A stretch of DNA of 51,591 bases from a virus (lineage: Duplodnaviria; Caudoviricetes), in the IMG/VR virus record IMGVR_UViG_3300031951_000234, positions 1 to 51,591 of that record, one strand, 5' to 3'. The translations under genes and the position numbers were made by a program. The stretch's first letter is position 1. The number at the start of each line of letters is the position of its first letter. Shown one piece after another: positions 9,705-19,826 of this stretch. A model generated the notes under the pieces. It was not told the origin of the DNA, made no database searches, and worked only from the letters and a program-made list of their open reading frames with translations.

Positions 9705-10844
9705 ATGCCTAAGATCACTCGCGAAATAACATCCGGCACCCAGTTCTCCCGGTCGTCGGAGAACAACACGGTCGCCGACACGCAGACGCGGGCCTTCCGC
9801 GTCATCCTGAGTGAGCCGAACGAGGTCTTCAACATTCAGGACGAGTGCCAGGTCAGGATCGGCGACCAGCACCCGTACAACACGAACATCTACTGCACGT
9901 CGTTCGACGCGAAGTACGAGGGCGACAGCCGGCTCGTCGTTCTCTGCACGTTCAACTACTCGTCTGGCTCTTCGCAGGAATCAAGTTCAGGGGGCCAAGA
10001 TCCTTCGAGTTACTCACCGGACGTGCGGCCTGCGAACTGGTCAACGAGCACGTCACTGATTGAGACGCCTGTTTATAACTGGTTTTTTAGGCACAAATCA
10101 TACGAATGGCTACCCGTAGAAACGGCGGCGGAAAATCCAGTCGGAGATATATACGAAGGAATAACTCGACTAACGAGCCTGGTTAATATATCTATTGAGC
10201 AGCCAGAGTTCGTCGATCCAACTCGACACAATATGTACGGAGGATACATCAATAGCGAGGAGATCAATCTCGGCTCGCTCAAAATGAAGCCGCATACCGT
10301 CATGTTTCGGGGCTGCCAGTCACAGCCGTATGTTGAAAGTTGGGGTGGATCGACGTACCGCGGCTGGAAGGTGACATACGAGTTTGCGTATAAGCGCAAT
10401 GAGACAAAGATTCATCCTTTTGCTGAGGCTGCCAGTGAAGTAACCGTCGATCTTGGGTGGGACATCGCTGTTCCGCAGACCGGACTGAATGTCTTCGCTT
10501 TTGATCCGCCTGGAGTCGCCGGCCAAGATGACGTGTATGGTCAGCCGCTCCAGCATGGAGACGAAAACTCAGACGACGCCGTTCTTCGGCAATTTGCTGG
10601 CAGAATTGTCGAGCCTCCGCGACTATGCACCGGAATCGCAGCCGGCGAAAAGGTGCGTGCGATGGTCAAGGTCTTCTCCTACAGGGGCGGAGGCGCATCG
10701 CAGACACCGTCGGCCTCTCCCATTCCGCTCAACTACGGCGGAACGCCACGCAGCAAGGATGCCGACCCAAAAGTGTATGTTCTGGGCTACCAAGTCCAGC
10801 CATCCATCAATCTCACGACGACCCTGAAACTGCGGCTGACCTAA
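9705..10844 (+). CDS. Putative distal tail / tail-tip protein
   Basis: 379 aa in tail operon; position-based call. Confidence 0.5.
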   Translation: MPKITREITSGTQFSRSSENNTVADTQTRAFRVILSEPNEVFNIQDECQVRIGDQHPYNTNIYCTSFDAKYEGDSRLVVLCTFNYSSGSSQESSSGGQDPSSYSPDVRPANWSTSTSLIETPVYNWFFRHKSYEWLPVETAAENPVGDIYEGITRLTSLVNISIEQPEFVDPTRHNMYGGYINSEEINLGSLKMKPHTVMFRGCQSQPYVESWGGSTYRGWKVTYEFAYKRNETKIHPFAEAASEVTVDLGWDIAVPQTGLNVFAFDPPGVAGQDDVYGQPLQHGDENSDDAVLRQFAGRIVEPPRLCTGIAAGEKVRAMVKVFSYRGGGASQTPSASPIPLNYGGTPRSKDADPKVYVLGYQVQPSINLTTTLKLRLT

Positions 10845-11215
10845 TGTCTCGCCAAGAGCGGTACTTCATCGGGCCGAAACTGCTCTCCGACATACGCCAG
10901 GTCGTCGGGAGAGTGGACGGCATTGCGTACAGCACGTCTGGGCCGTCGCAGAATGTGATTCATCAGGGGTTGATGCAGGACTCGTCGTCGTCGTCGTCGT
11001 CGCGCCTCCGCATCGGCAAGACGACCGCGACGTGGAACAAAGGCACGCTCGCGACCATCACGCTCTGGGAGACTGGCACGCCGCCGAACGAGACGCAGGG
11101 CGGCGGCACCATCGAAAACGTCGTCAACAAGTGGGCCACGGTTGCCAGCGGCAAGTGGGTCGGCATCCAACGCGCCAAGAACGGCTCCTACTACCTCGTC
11201 GTTTCGGAGTGCTAG
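10844..11215 (+). CDS. Putative tail-tip accessory protein
   Basis: ATG coupled to previous TAA; ends YYLVVSEC. Confidence 0.5.
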   Translation: MSRQERYFIGPKLLSDIRQVVGRVDGIAYSTSGPSQNVIHQGLMQDSSSSSSSRLRIGKTTATWNKGTLATITLWETGTPPNETQGGGTIENVVNKWATVASGKWVGIQRAKNGSYYLVVSEC

Positions 11216-13285
11216 ATGGACGTTCTGGCGTACATCGCGAGCGACCCGACCGTGCTGCCGCTGTGGGCGGCGTTTCTTTTCGCGGCAGGGATGTACCCGA
11301 TTGGTCTGATTTTCGGATGCTCGCCGTGCTGCGAACCGTGCAATGTATGCGAAGAAGGATCGCTGCCGGAAACGCTCACCGTCACCGTGGAAGGCTACGA
11401 AGACACGACCCAACAGGGGCCGTTTATAACGTCGCTCCAGTTCGATTCGTGCTGGGATACGCTGCCGGAGCCCTACACGCCAAGCAAGCCGGCCGGAAGG
11501 ATCACGGCGCCCGGCGGCACGCCGGGGCCGATCACCGCGACGGAGATTACCGATGGCGGATCGCGCTATGCGATCCTCGGGCGGGAGGCGCCCACGCTGA
11601 CAATTACCGGCGGTTCCGGCACGGGCGCCGTGTTTTCCGCTGTGCTGGATGAATCAACGATAGGATGCGAAATCCCGGTCTGGTCGCTGGAATCCGCGAC
11701 GGTCGAGGATGGCGGCAGCGGCTACGCGGACAACGAATCGGCAACGATCACGGCGGCAGTTGGCGATACCGTGGTGTTGGAAGCGGAGGCAAGCATCCGC
11801 ACGGTGTTTGAACCGCCCACCGTGACGGTCGCCGCGACCGGCGCCGGAACGGGAGCATCGCTGACGGCAACGCTGCGAGAGAAAACCGGGCTGCCTTCGT
11901 ATCAACACAAGGAATGGGAAATCGACACCATTTCGATCGTGGATGGCGGCAGCGGCTACGAAGAATACGACGCGCTAGATTTTACGGTCGATGTGGGCGA
12001 GGGCGGTGCGCTGGCGGTTGTATCCGTTGACGGCAGCGGCGTTATCGTTTCGGTGGCGATCGTGAACCGCGGCACGTTCTTTTACGATACGGGAGTGGTG
12101 GAATCGCTCTACGTTTACACTGCCGGCGAATACTACCGCGAGAATGCGGCGCTGCCCGCAATCGTCGCGCCGATCGACGTTACCGTGATCCAATCCGCGC
12201 TATCGCCTAGCGTCGGCACTGGCGCGGAGTTGCAGGCCAACGTGGACGATGACCCCGATAGCCCTACATTCGGGCAAGTTGTTTCGATAACAGTTCTAGA
12301 CGGCGGCGCGAACTACCTTGCATACGAATACGTTCCGGCCGCGTGCTGCAAGGAATACCACAACGGAAAAACATACGTTCTACGGCGCGCGAAATCGCAG
12401 GGGGATCAACTGTTTCACGTTCTCGGCGGTATGTCTGGGCCATGCCGATATGAGCAAGCATTCTGCGGCGTGTACGGAAGCGGAGCGCTTTGGTATCCAT
12501 CTGCCGGGCTTACTGGCCTTAACGGGATAGAGGTTGTCTACAACGGGCCGGCGGTTCCGCCTACTGTGCGAATCCAAGACGCGGAAACCCCCGGCTTGGC
12601 GGGCTGCAACCGCACGCTGGTTTCCACAACGCTGATCGAAAACTGTAGTGAGTTCTCATTCACCGCAACGAACAGCGCTGACGATGTGACGGCAACCGTA
12701 ACGCCGGGCGGAACATACGATCCCACGTTCGGCGCAGGGATGGAAAACGAGCCTCACATTTTCACGGGATATAACCGCAGGTGTGCGCCGTGCTGCCACG
12801 GTGACGATACGCCGCCCGACGAAATCGAAATCGATTTGTCGGCTGCCGATGGGCCTTTTGTCGAACCCGTGACGTTTGTTTTATCGCAAGTGATCGGAAC
12901 AACGTGGACATTTTCGCCGCCCGCAACCATAGGAGGGCCTAATTTCTTTTTCGCTTTTATCGATCCGCCGGGGGTCTATTTCGCGAATCTCGGGATTAGT
13001 GTTTCCGTAGAGCCTTGCCAGTTCACCGGATGCGAACATTGTTGGATGAAATGCCGAACGTCGGTCGGAATAGCGTATGTGCTTGGCGCTCAAACCGGAA
13101 CCGGTGGCAGCGGAAGCGTCAGCGTGCTGTATTCAAACGCCCTTGATTGCGACGATTGCGATGACACTACCGAAACCGGAATCTGCGAACCCAAGCCAGG
13201 AACGTACACGCTAACTACAGACGAACCCTATTCCTACATTGACGACGGCAACCCTACGGGGGAGTGGACGATCGAAATCAAATGA
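11216..13285 (+). CDS. Cys-rich putative tail-tip / receptor-binding protein
   Basis: 689 aa; repeated DGG(S/A)xY beta motifs, Cys clusters, hydrophobic N-terminus. Confidence 0.5.
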   Translation: MDVLAYIASDPTVLPLWAAFLFAAGMYPIGLIFGCSPCCEPCNVCEEGSLPETLTVTVEGYEDTTQQGPFITSLQFDSCWDTLPEPYTPSKPAGRITAPGGTPGPITATEITDGGSRYAILGREAPTLTITGGSGTGAVFSAVLDESTIGCEIPVWSLESATVEDGGSGYADNESATITAAVGDTVVLEAEASIRTVFEPPTVTVAATGAGTGASLTATLREKTGLPSYQHKEWEIDTISIVDGGSGYEEYDALDFTVDVGEGGALAVVSVDGSGVIVSVAIVNRGTFFYDTGVVESLYVYTAGEYYRENAALPAIVAPIDVTVIQSALSPSVGTGAELQANVDDDPDSPTFGQVVSITVLDGGANYLAYEYVPAACCKEYHNGKTYVLRRAKSQGDQLFHVLGGMSGPCRYEQAFCGVYGSGALWYPSAGLTGLNGIEVVYNGPAVPPTVRIQDAETPGLAGCNRTLVSTTLIENCSEFSFTATNSADDVTATVTPGGTYDPTFGAGMENEPHIFTGYNRRCAPCCHGDDTPPDEIEIDLSAADGPFVEPVTFVLSQVIGTTWTFSPPATIGGPNFFFAFIDPPGVYFANLGISVSVEPCQFTGCEHCWMKCRTSVGIAYVLGAQTGTGGSGSVSVLYSNALDCDDCDDTTETGICEPKPGTYTLTTDEPYSYIDDGNPTGEWTIEIK

Positions 13286-13605
13286 CGGCGCTTTGCAATT
13301 TCCGCGATTCGCTCACTTGCCCGGCCTGCGGGTATGTGGCAAAACACCCGCGAACGCTGCGACAATGCCGCCCGGTGCCGCCGAAGGTCTGGCAGCCCAT
13401 CATGGTCGGCGACCTCGTCGAGCAGGCGCTGACCAGCGTCGGCATCACGAAGGAGCGGGTAGAGAAACTGACCCGCACCGAGGGCAAGCCGGGTGGCTGT
13501 GGCTGCGGTGCCAGGAAAAAGTGGATGAACGAGCAGGGGGCCAAGGTGCAGCACGCCATCCGCGATGCTGGCATGGCAGCATCGAAGTTCTACTTCGGAA
13601 AATGA
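13282..13605 (+). CDS. Small Cys-containing hypothetical protein
   Basis: CxxC near N-terminus; GDLVE.AL..VGITK..V and CGCG.RKKWMN motifs. Confidence 0.6.
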   Translation: MTALCNFRDSLTCPACGYVAKHPRTLRQCRPVPPKVWQPIMVGDLVEQALTSVGITKERVEKLTRTEGKPGGCGCGARKKWMNEQGAKVQHAIRDAGMAASKFYFGK

Positions 13606-13642
13606 CGTTCCCTTCCCAGGCTACTGGCCTATACTACTGGCT

Positions 13643-13942
13643 ATGCCCAGCGACCACCACTTCACGCTGCATGGCCTCCGGTGGCTCCTCCGGTTCACGC
13701 GGCTGCGCGGCCAGGCCGCCGGCTGGGCGTATCTGCCCGATGCGAAGCGGCCGCAGATGCAGCGCAAGATCCTCATCGACGACCGCCTGAAGAATCGCCC
13801 CCTCTTGGAGACGATCCTGCATGAGTGCCTCCACGTCTCGTTCCCGTCGGCCAGCGAGGAACACGTCACCGAAAGCGCCAGGGACATCGCCAGAGTCCTC
13901 TGGACACTCGGCTACCGCATCGACGAAGACAAAACTCCTTGA
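13643..13942 (+). CDS. HExxH zincin-like metallopeptidase-fold protein
   Basis: LETILHECLH motif with downstream E. Confidence 0.65.
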   Translation: MPSDHHFTLHGLRWLLRFTRLRGQAAGWAYLPDAKRPQMQRKILIDDRLKNRPLLETILHECLHVSFPSASEEHVTESARDIARVLWTLGYRIDEDKTP

Positions 13943-14171
13943 CGCGATCCTCGGTGACGACGACCTCAACAGCGTCCGCTGGAAGACGTGGTTCGAGGAT
14001 CTGCCGGAGGACGCCCAGGCAGAACTGTATCAGGTCAAGGCCGCATGGCGCAGCGGCATGATCTCGCGGGGCCGGCGAGCCGTCGCCAAGACGATCGCGA
14101 AGCACCTCCACGATCGCGGCTTGTCGCAGGTCGGCCACAGCGGAGTCGAAGCGTGGCTGTCAAAAGACTGA
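13821..14171 (+). CDS. Small hypothetical protein, possibly HTH (start uncertain)
   Basis: Coding-like C-terminal part (WFEDLPEDAQAEL..VEAWL) fills the gap to the next gene; no clear start codon. Confidence 0.45.
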   Translation: MSASTSRSRRPARNTSPKAPGTSPESSGHSATASTKTKLLDAILGDDDLNSVRWKTWFEDLPEDAQAELYQVKAAWRSGMISRGRRAVAKTIAKHLHDRGLSQVGHSGVEAWLSKD

Positions 14172-15283
14172 TCGACGACGTGGCCGGCGAACAGGTCACG
14201 AAGAAGATCGACGGCGATGCCGTCGAGGCCCGCTCGACGAGCCGCCGCATCAAGACGGTGGACGACTTGCTGCGTCATATCGAGGCGGATATGACGCAGT
14301 ACGTCGTCGCCGCGTCGGAGGCCACGAAGTGGGAGTGCGGCGACGGCGAAGGCGGCAGCATTGAACTGCACCGCGTCTTCGTCAGGCTCAAGCCGCGGGG
14401 CGGCCCGACGACCCGCGAAATCGTCGAGGGGATGATCCAGGCGGCGAAGAGGCAGATCCGGCTGCCGGCCCGCAAGGCCGCCAAGCGGACGGCGAGCGGC
14501 CAATGGCAACTCCTCGTAGTCTCCGACACGCACTTCGGCGCCTACGCCTGGAACCAGACAACCGGCGGCCAGGACTACGACCTGGGCATCGCCGAGGCCC
14601 GCGTGGCTGACGCTGGCAGCAGGCTCCTGGCCGTAGGCGATGACTGCAAGCCTGCCCGCCGCACGATCGCCCTGCTGGGCGACATCTTCCACTTCGACAC
14701 GCCGGCCGGCACGACTACCTCCGGCACGCCGCTGGAGCGGGATGGCCGGCTCCAGAAGGTCTTGAATGTCGCCTGCGATGTGATCATCGGCGTCATCGAG
14801 CGGTCAGCGGAGACGGCGCCGACGGACGTGGTCGTCGTGAATGGGAATCACGACGAGGTTTTAACTTGGGCGCTTCAGCGAGTTCTCGTCGAGCGGTTCG
14901 CCAGGCACCGCGGCGTGCAGATCGACCGCGAGTTCACGGGCCGCAAATACATCTGCCACGGCAAGAACCTCCTCGGCTTCGCCCACGGCCACAAGGCGAA
15001 GGCCAAACTCCCGCAGATCATGGCGCTTGAGCGGCCGCAGGAGTGGAGCCAGAGCATCTACCGAGAGTGGCACACCGGACACCTCCACCACCAGGCCGCC
15101 GCGAACAACAAGCCGCTGGACAGTCTCCAGGGCGTGATCGTGCGAACGGCACCGACGATCTGCCCGCCGGACGACTGGCACTCAACCGGCGGCTTCATCG
15201 GCGCGCGGCAGTGCATGGAGACGTTCTTCTACCGGCCAGAGGGCGGCCTGACGGCGATGCACGTCGCGGGAGTCGAGCCATGA
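14153..15283 (+). CDS. Calcineurin-like metallophosphoesterase
   Basis: SDTHFG, LGDIFH, NGNHD, HGH and GHLHH motifs. Confidence 0.9.
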   Translation: MAVKRLIDDVAGEQVTKKIDGDAVEARSTSRRIKTVDDLLRHIEADMTQYVVAASEATKWECGDGEGGSIELHRVFVRLKPRGGPTTREIVEGMIQAAKRQIRLPARKAAKRTASGQWQLLVVSDTHFGAYAWNQTTGGQDYDLGIAEARVADAGSRLLAVGDDCKPARRTIALLGDIFHFDTPAGTTTSGTPLERDGRLQKVLNVACDVIIGVIERSAETAPTDVVVVNGNHDEVLTWALQRVLVERFARHRGVQIDREFTGRKYICHGKNLLGFAHGHKAKAKLPQIMALERPQEWSQSIYREWHTGHLHHQAAANNKPLDSLQGVIVRTAPTICPPDDWHSTGGFIGARQCMETFFYRPEGGLTAMHVAGVEP

Positions 15284-15774
15284 TCCTCGAACACCGCTCT
15301 GACCTCGACTGGCTGCGGCAGGCGTGCGTGGCGGCCACGGGGTCGCACGACCCCAGCACCCAGAACGGTGCCGTCCTCGTCCCAAGGAGCGGCTACGTCA
15401 CGCTCGCGCACAATTCGATCCCGGCTGGCATCAACCCGCTGCCGGGCCGGCTGGATCGGCCAGTCAAGTACGACTTCGTCGAGCACGCGGAGCGGGCGGC
15501 GATCTACAAGGCGGCCAGAAACGGCACGCCGACGCTGGGGGCCAGGCTGTACTGCCCGTGGTTCGCCTGTGCCGACTGCGCCAGGGCGATCATCTGCTCC
15601 GGCGTGATCGAGGTCATCGGCCACATCCGGCCGCGGGCGGCCACGCCGGAGCGGTGGACGGCGACGATTGTGCAGGCCGAGGCGATGCTCCGCGAGGCCG
15701 GCGTCGGGATGCGCTGGCTGGCCGGGCCTGTGGGCGTGACGATTCGCTTCAACGGAGAGGAGATGAGGCTGTGA
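15280..15774 (+). CDS. dCMP deaminase
   Basis: S.DPSTQNGAV, HAERAAI and CPWFACADCARAII zinc motifs. Confidence 0.9.
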   Translation: MILEHRSDLDWLRQACVAATGSHDPSTQNGAVLVPRSGYVTLAHNSIPAGINPLPGRLDRPVKYDFVEHAERAAIYKAARNGTPTLGARLYCPWFACADCARAIICSGVIEVIGHIRPRAATPERWTATIVQAEAMLREAGVGMRWLAGPVGVTIRFNGEEMRL

Positions 15775-16319
15775 TTATTGGGCTTTGCGGGCAGGCTGGG
15801 GCTGGGAAAGGGACGGTCGCGGAAGCCCTCGCATGGCGAGGGTTCGCGACCGTCTCCTTCGCCGACCCACTCTACGCCGCCATATCCGCCATCACCGGCC
15901 TGCCGGTGTCCGACCTTCAAGACCGCACCAAGAAGGAGGTGCCGATCGACTGGGTCGGCACATCGCCCAGGCGGCTCTTGCAGACCCTCGGCACCGAGTG
16001 GGGCAGGCAGATGATCCGCGACGACATCTGGATTCAGGCGACCATGCGGCGGATGCTGCCGGGCGGCGACTACTGCGTCCCTGACGTGCGTTTCGACAAC
16101 GAGGCGGCGGCGATCCGCGAGGCCGGCGGGCGGATCTGGCGGATCGTGCGGCCGGGCCACGCCGTGCTCGACGAGGCGGCGGCGGCACACGCCAGCGAGG
16201 CGGGGATCAGCGAGCAGTACATCGACGCCGTGATCGTCAACACCGGCAGCCTCTCAGACCTGGCAACGGCCGTGGAAACCGCCATGACGAGGCTACTGGC
16301 CGGTACAATGGAGGTATGA
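15771..16319 (+). CDS. Deoxynucleoside monophosphate kinase (T4 gp1-like)
   Basis: GLCGQAGAGKGT P-loop, FADPL, RRLLQTLGTEWGR, DVRFDNE, HASE. Confidence 0.9.
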   Translation: MIIGLCGQAGAGKGTVAEALAWRGFATVSFADPLYAAISAITGLPVSDLQDRTKKEVPIDWVGTSPRRLLQTLGTEWGRQMIRDDIWIQATMRRMLPGGDYCVPDVRFDNEAAAIREAGGRIWRIVRPGHAVLDEAAAAHASEAGISEQYIDAVIVNTGSLSDLATAVETAMTRLLAGTMEV

Positions 16320-16630
16320 CTGCGCAGGAGTTAGGGCAAGGAATGCTGGATGCGATGCTCCGTATTGGAGAGCGGTTCGGAGTGCCGTGCCTGATCCTGG
16401 CGGTTTTGCTGTATTTCACTCGGGAGGCAGCGATTGCCGTTCACGGCACTGTGCTACAGCCAGTCGTGCGGAGTCACGTCGAGTTCCTCGAAACGACGAG
16501 CGAGACGCTGCGTGAAATCGGCGACGTGCAGCGGCAGCAGGCACAGGCTCTTGGGGAACTCTCCAAGGGACACAACGAAATGCGAGTGCTTGTCAGAGAG
16601 TACGTCGAAGGCAATCGCAGGGGGGGGTAA
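16316..16630 (+). CDS. Holin-like single-TM protein
   Basis: N-terminal TM (FGVPCLILAVLLYF) followed by coiled coil. Confidence 0.45.
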   Translation: MTAQELGQGMLDAMLRIGERFGVPCLILAVLLYFTREAAIAVHGTVLQPVVRSHVEFLETTSETLREIGDVQRQQAQALGELSKGHNEMRVLVREYVEGNRRGG

Positions 16631-16633
16631 CTG

Positions 16634-16945
16634 ATGGGATACGATCAGACCCCAGGAAACCTTCCGATATCGTTCGTCCGCGGCGACTCGTTTTCTTCGC
16701 TGCTCGACTTTAGCATCAACCTGACTGGCTACACGTTTGCAGCCTCGCTTGTCTCTGTCGTGACGGGCGCAGAAGTCGCGGCTCTGACATCTTCTGTCGT
16801 GTCGGCGTCGAACGGCCAGGTCAACGTCTCGCTGACATCGACGCAAACTCTGGCCCTAGCACGCGGGACGTATCAGTGGAAGTTTGTCTGGACGCAAGGC
16901 AACGCCGTCCGTACAGCACTGACTGGCTTTGTTGAGGCGCTGTGA
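16634..16945 (+). CDS. Baseplate/fibre adaptor-like protein
   Basis: RGDSF..NLTGYT..GQVNVSLT..QT..L..GTY.W pattern of BppU-N-like small proteins. Confidence 0.5.
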   Translation: MGYDQTPGNLPISFVRGDSFSSLLDFSINLTGYTFAASLVSVVTGAEVAALTSSVVSASNGQVNVSLTSTQTLALARGTYQWKFVWTQGNAVRTALTGFVEAL

Positions 16946-19824
16946 TGCCAATAGAAGCAAAAGCGTCAAACGAGCAGATATCTGTTTCCGTAGGCGAAAC
17001 GCAGATTGACGTGGCCGTGAGCGGAGGCGTCGGGCCTACGGGGAGTAGCGGCGTTGTGTCTGTTGCCGCGCCGCTCACAAACTCCGGCACATCGACGGCC
17101 GCTTCAATTGGTCTGTCCGTCGGCTCTGGCCTTTCGGTGTCCAGCGGCAGCCTCGTTGTAACTCCTGGGACATATGCGGCAGCAAGCCATACGCACACGG
17201 CATCGCAGATCACCGACTTCACGACGGCGGTCGTCGCCGCCGCGCCGCCCACGACCAACGCGAGCCTGCTGACCAGCGGCACGCTGCCCGATGCCAGGCT
17301 GTCGAGCAACATCGCCCGCACCATCGACATCTCATCGGCCGTCGCGTCCCTGGTCAACTCGTCGCCCGCCGCCCTGGACACGCTCGGCGAGTTGGCTGCG
17401 GCCCTCGGCAACGATGCCTCGTTCGCCACGACGGTGACGAACAGCCTGGCGGCGAAAGCACCGATCAACAATCCCACGTTCACCGGCACCGTCGGCGGCG
17501 TCACGAAGGCGATGGTGGGGCTTGGTAATGTCCAGAACGTGGACGCAACGGCGAGGGCGAACCACACCGGGACGCAAGCCATCTCGACTGTGACCGGGCT
17601 TCAGGACGCCCTCGACGGCAAGGCGGCAACGTCGCACACCCACGCCGCGTCGAGCATCGTCAGTGGCACGCTGGACTTCCCGCGGCTGCCGTTCACGGTG
17701 ACGTACCCGGTGCGTGCCGTGCATGTCGGCGGTGTCCTTCAGTTCAACTCCGGGGCGTTCTTCACGACGCCTACCTACGGGCAGCCGGGGGCCGCGGCGT
17801 GCGATCTCGGGACGTTGGCGACGATGCAGTACCCGGCAACGTCTGTCGCCGTGGACGTGTCGGCAAATGCGGCGCAGTACCTCACCGACAACCCCGGCCG
17901 CGCGCTCACCTACTCGTCGCTGGAAGTCGCGTTGATCGACGCCGCCAACCGCATCGTCGGCTGGGGAGCGACGGCGTCGAACCCGTCGCTCAACGCGCCC
18001 AACGGCACCGGCGGCACCAGCATGACGGTGTCGCTGCTCGCGTTCCCGACGTTGTCGGCGGCGTGGGTTCTCGGTGGCGGGCCGACAACCGGCACGAACG
18101 CCGCCGACATCGCCCCAATCACGGCCTACAAACTCTGCCAGAGCAGGCACCTCGACCTCGACCGCACCGATTGGGCGAACATCCCAAACAAGCCCACGTT
18201 CGCCACGGTGGCGACCAGCGGGTCGGCTGCCGACCTCACCGGGACGCTCGCCGCAGCGAGGCTCCCGGCCAGCGGCGTCTCGACCGGCACCTACACCAGC
18301 GTCACGGTGGACACCTACGGCCGGGTGACGGCCGGGTCGTCCCCGGCGGTGGCCTACTCGTCCCTGTCCGGTGTGCCGTCCACGTTCGCTCCGTCGGCAC
18401 ACACGCACGGCAACATCACGAACGACGGCAAAATATCGGGGGACAATGCCGGAAAAATCCTGCTGACGGACGCCAACGGATTCATCATCGCCGCTGATTC
18501 GTTTGAGTTTGGCAGCGGCGTCGGACAGATACATATCGACGGCCTGGCTACAGTTGCGTATACCGGAAGTTATGCAGACCTGACGGGCAAGCCGACGATC
18601 CCGGCCGCGTACACGCTGCCGACCGCCACGGGCAGCGTTCTCGGTGGCGTGAAGATCGGGAGCGGCATCAGCATCGACGGCAACGGCGTGATCTCGGCGT
18701 CTGCTGGATACACGCTGCCCAACGCCACGACCACCACACTCGGAGGCGTGATCGTTGGCTCTGGGCTGTCGGTTTCGAGCGGCACCGTGTCGCTCGCCTC
18801 GCACACTCACGCGGCGAGCGACATCACCAGCGGCACCATCGCCACGGCCAGGCTGGGCAGCGGAACGGCATCTTCGTCCACGTTTCTGCGCGGCGACCAG
18901 ACGTATGCCGCCGCACCGGTGACGAGTGTGGACGGAAGCACTGGCGCGGTGACCGTCACGAAAGCGGAGGTGTTGGAGTTCACGCGGTCGTCCGCGCCTT
19001 CCGGTGCGACGGGGTCTTCCGGGGCGTGGGGATGGTCGGTGCCGTCGGCCGCCAAGCGAATCACCATCGAATGCGTCGGCGGCGGCAGCGGCGGCGGCAG
19101 CGGCCGACGCGGGGCGACGAACGAACAGCGATTTGGTGGCGGCGGCGGGTGCGGCGGCGGGCGTGCGGAGGTGAGTCTTTTTACCGCCATGCTCACTTCA
19201 CTAAGCCTGTCGATTGATGTCGGCGCTGGCGGTGGCGGTGGGTCGGCGGTGACAGCGGACAACACGAACGGCAACCCCGGATCGTCTGGCAATACTTCCG
19301 CCGTCTACTACTCGGGTGGGAGTTTTGCTGCAGCGCTGTGTCAGGCAAGGAACGCCGCTGGTGGAGGGGCGGCTGGCACGACGGCTGCGGGCGCTGGCGG
19401 CAGCAACTTTGCCATGTTTCCCGGCTCCTCTGGCGGTGCTTCTTCGACAAGTGCGGCAGGTGCATCCGGGGGCGAGGCGGCGAACGCCCCGTCAGGCGGT
19501 GGCGCTGGTGGAGGCTTAGACATCTCCAACAATGCCCGCGCTGGCGGCAGCGGCGGTCGCATCTCGCCGTACTCGGGGACGGCGTTTGGCGGCAGCGGCG
19601 GCGGTGCGACCGGAGGTGCCGGCGGCAACGGGCCGACCTACGGCTGGTGCGGCCACGGCGGCGGCGGCGGCGGCGCGAATCCTTCCGGTGCCGGCGGGAC
19701 AGGCGGCAACGGGGCTTTCCCCGGTGGCGGTGGCGGCGGTGGCGGCGCGAGCAGTAACGGAAGCAACTCGGGCGCTGGCGGCAACGGTGGCGACGGCATC
19801 GTGCGAATCACGGTGTGGTACTGA
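16945..19824 (+). CDS. Tail fibre with Gly-rich C-terminal domain
   Basis: SHTH repeats, ALDTLGELAAALGND, YTLP.AT...LGGV repeats, GGGGGG..GG.GGDG.VRIT terminus. Confidence 0.85.
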   Translation: MPIEAKASNEQISVSVGETQIDVAVSGGVGPTGSSGVVSVAAPLTNSGTSTAASIGLSVGSGLSVSSGSLVVTPGTYAAASHTHTASQITDFTTAVVAAAPPTTNASLLTSGTLPDARLSSNIARTIDISSAVASLVNSSPAALDTLGELAAALGNDASFATTVTNSLAAKAPINNPTFTGTVGGVTKAMVGLGNVQNVDATARANHTGTQAISTVTGLQDALDGKAATSHTHAASSIVSGTLDFPRLPFTVTYPVRAVHVGGVLQFNSGAFFTTPTYGQPGAAACDLGTLATMQYPATSVAVDVSANAAQYLTDNPGRALTYSSLEVALIDAANRIVGWGATASNPSLNAPNGTGGTSMTVSLLAFPTLSAAWVLGGGPTTGTNAADIAPITAYKLCQSRHLDLDRTDWANIPNKPTFATVATSGSAADLTGTLAAARLPASGVSTGTYTSVTVDTYGRVTAGSSPAVAYSSLSGVPSTFAPSAHTHGNITNDGKISGDNAGKILLTDANGFIIAADSFEFGSGVGQIHIDGLATVAYTGSYADLTGKPTIPAAYTLPTATGSVLGGVKIGSGISIDGNGVISASAGYTLPNATTTTLGGVIVGSGLSVSSGTVSLASHTHAASDITSGTIATARLGSGTASSSTFLRGDQTYAAAPVTSVDGSTGAVTVTKAEVLEFTRSSAPSGATGSSGAWGWSVPSAAKRITIECVGGGSGGGSGRRGATNEQRFGGGGGCGGGRAEVSLFTAMLTSLSLSIDVGAGGGGGSAVTADNTNGNPGSSGNTSAVYYSGGSFAAALCQARNAAGGGAAGTTAAGAGGSNFAMFPGSSGGASSTSAAGASGGEAANAPSGGGAGGGLDISNNARAGGSGGRISPYSGTAFGGSGGGATGGAGGNGPTYGWCGHGGGGGGANPSGAGGTGGNGAFPGGGGGGGGASSNGSNSGAGGNGGDGIVRITVWY

Positions 19825-19826
19825 AC

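Noticed and set aside
10982-11002. (TCG)7 microsatellite as a phase-variation switch
   Set aside because: Triplet unit encodes a poly-Ser linker; slippage would not shift the frame
17332-18810. Long antisense and alternate-frame ORFs (also 3643-4695, 23776-24936, 26316-27458, 44355-45422, 49798-50985)
   Set aside because: Shadow ORFs from high GC3; they overlap genes with recognisable motifs and have Arg/Gly/Pro-rich nonsense composition
16945-19824. Diversity-generating retroelement or invertible fibre cassette
   Set aside because: No reverse transcriptase, no TR/VR pair differing at adenines, and no inverted duplicate fibre ends seen
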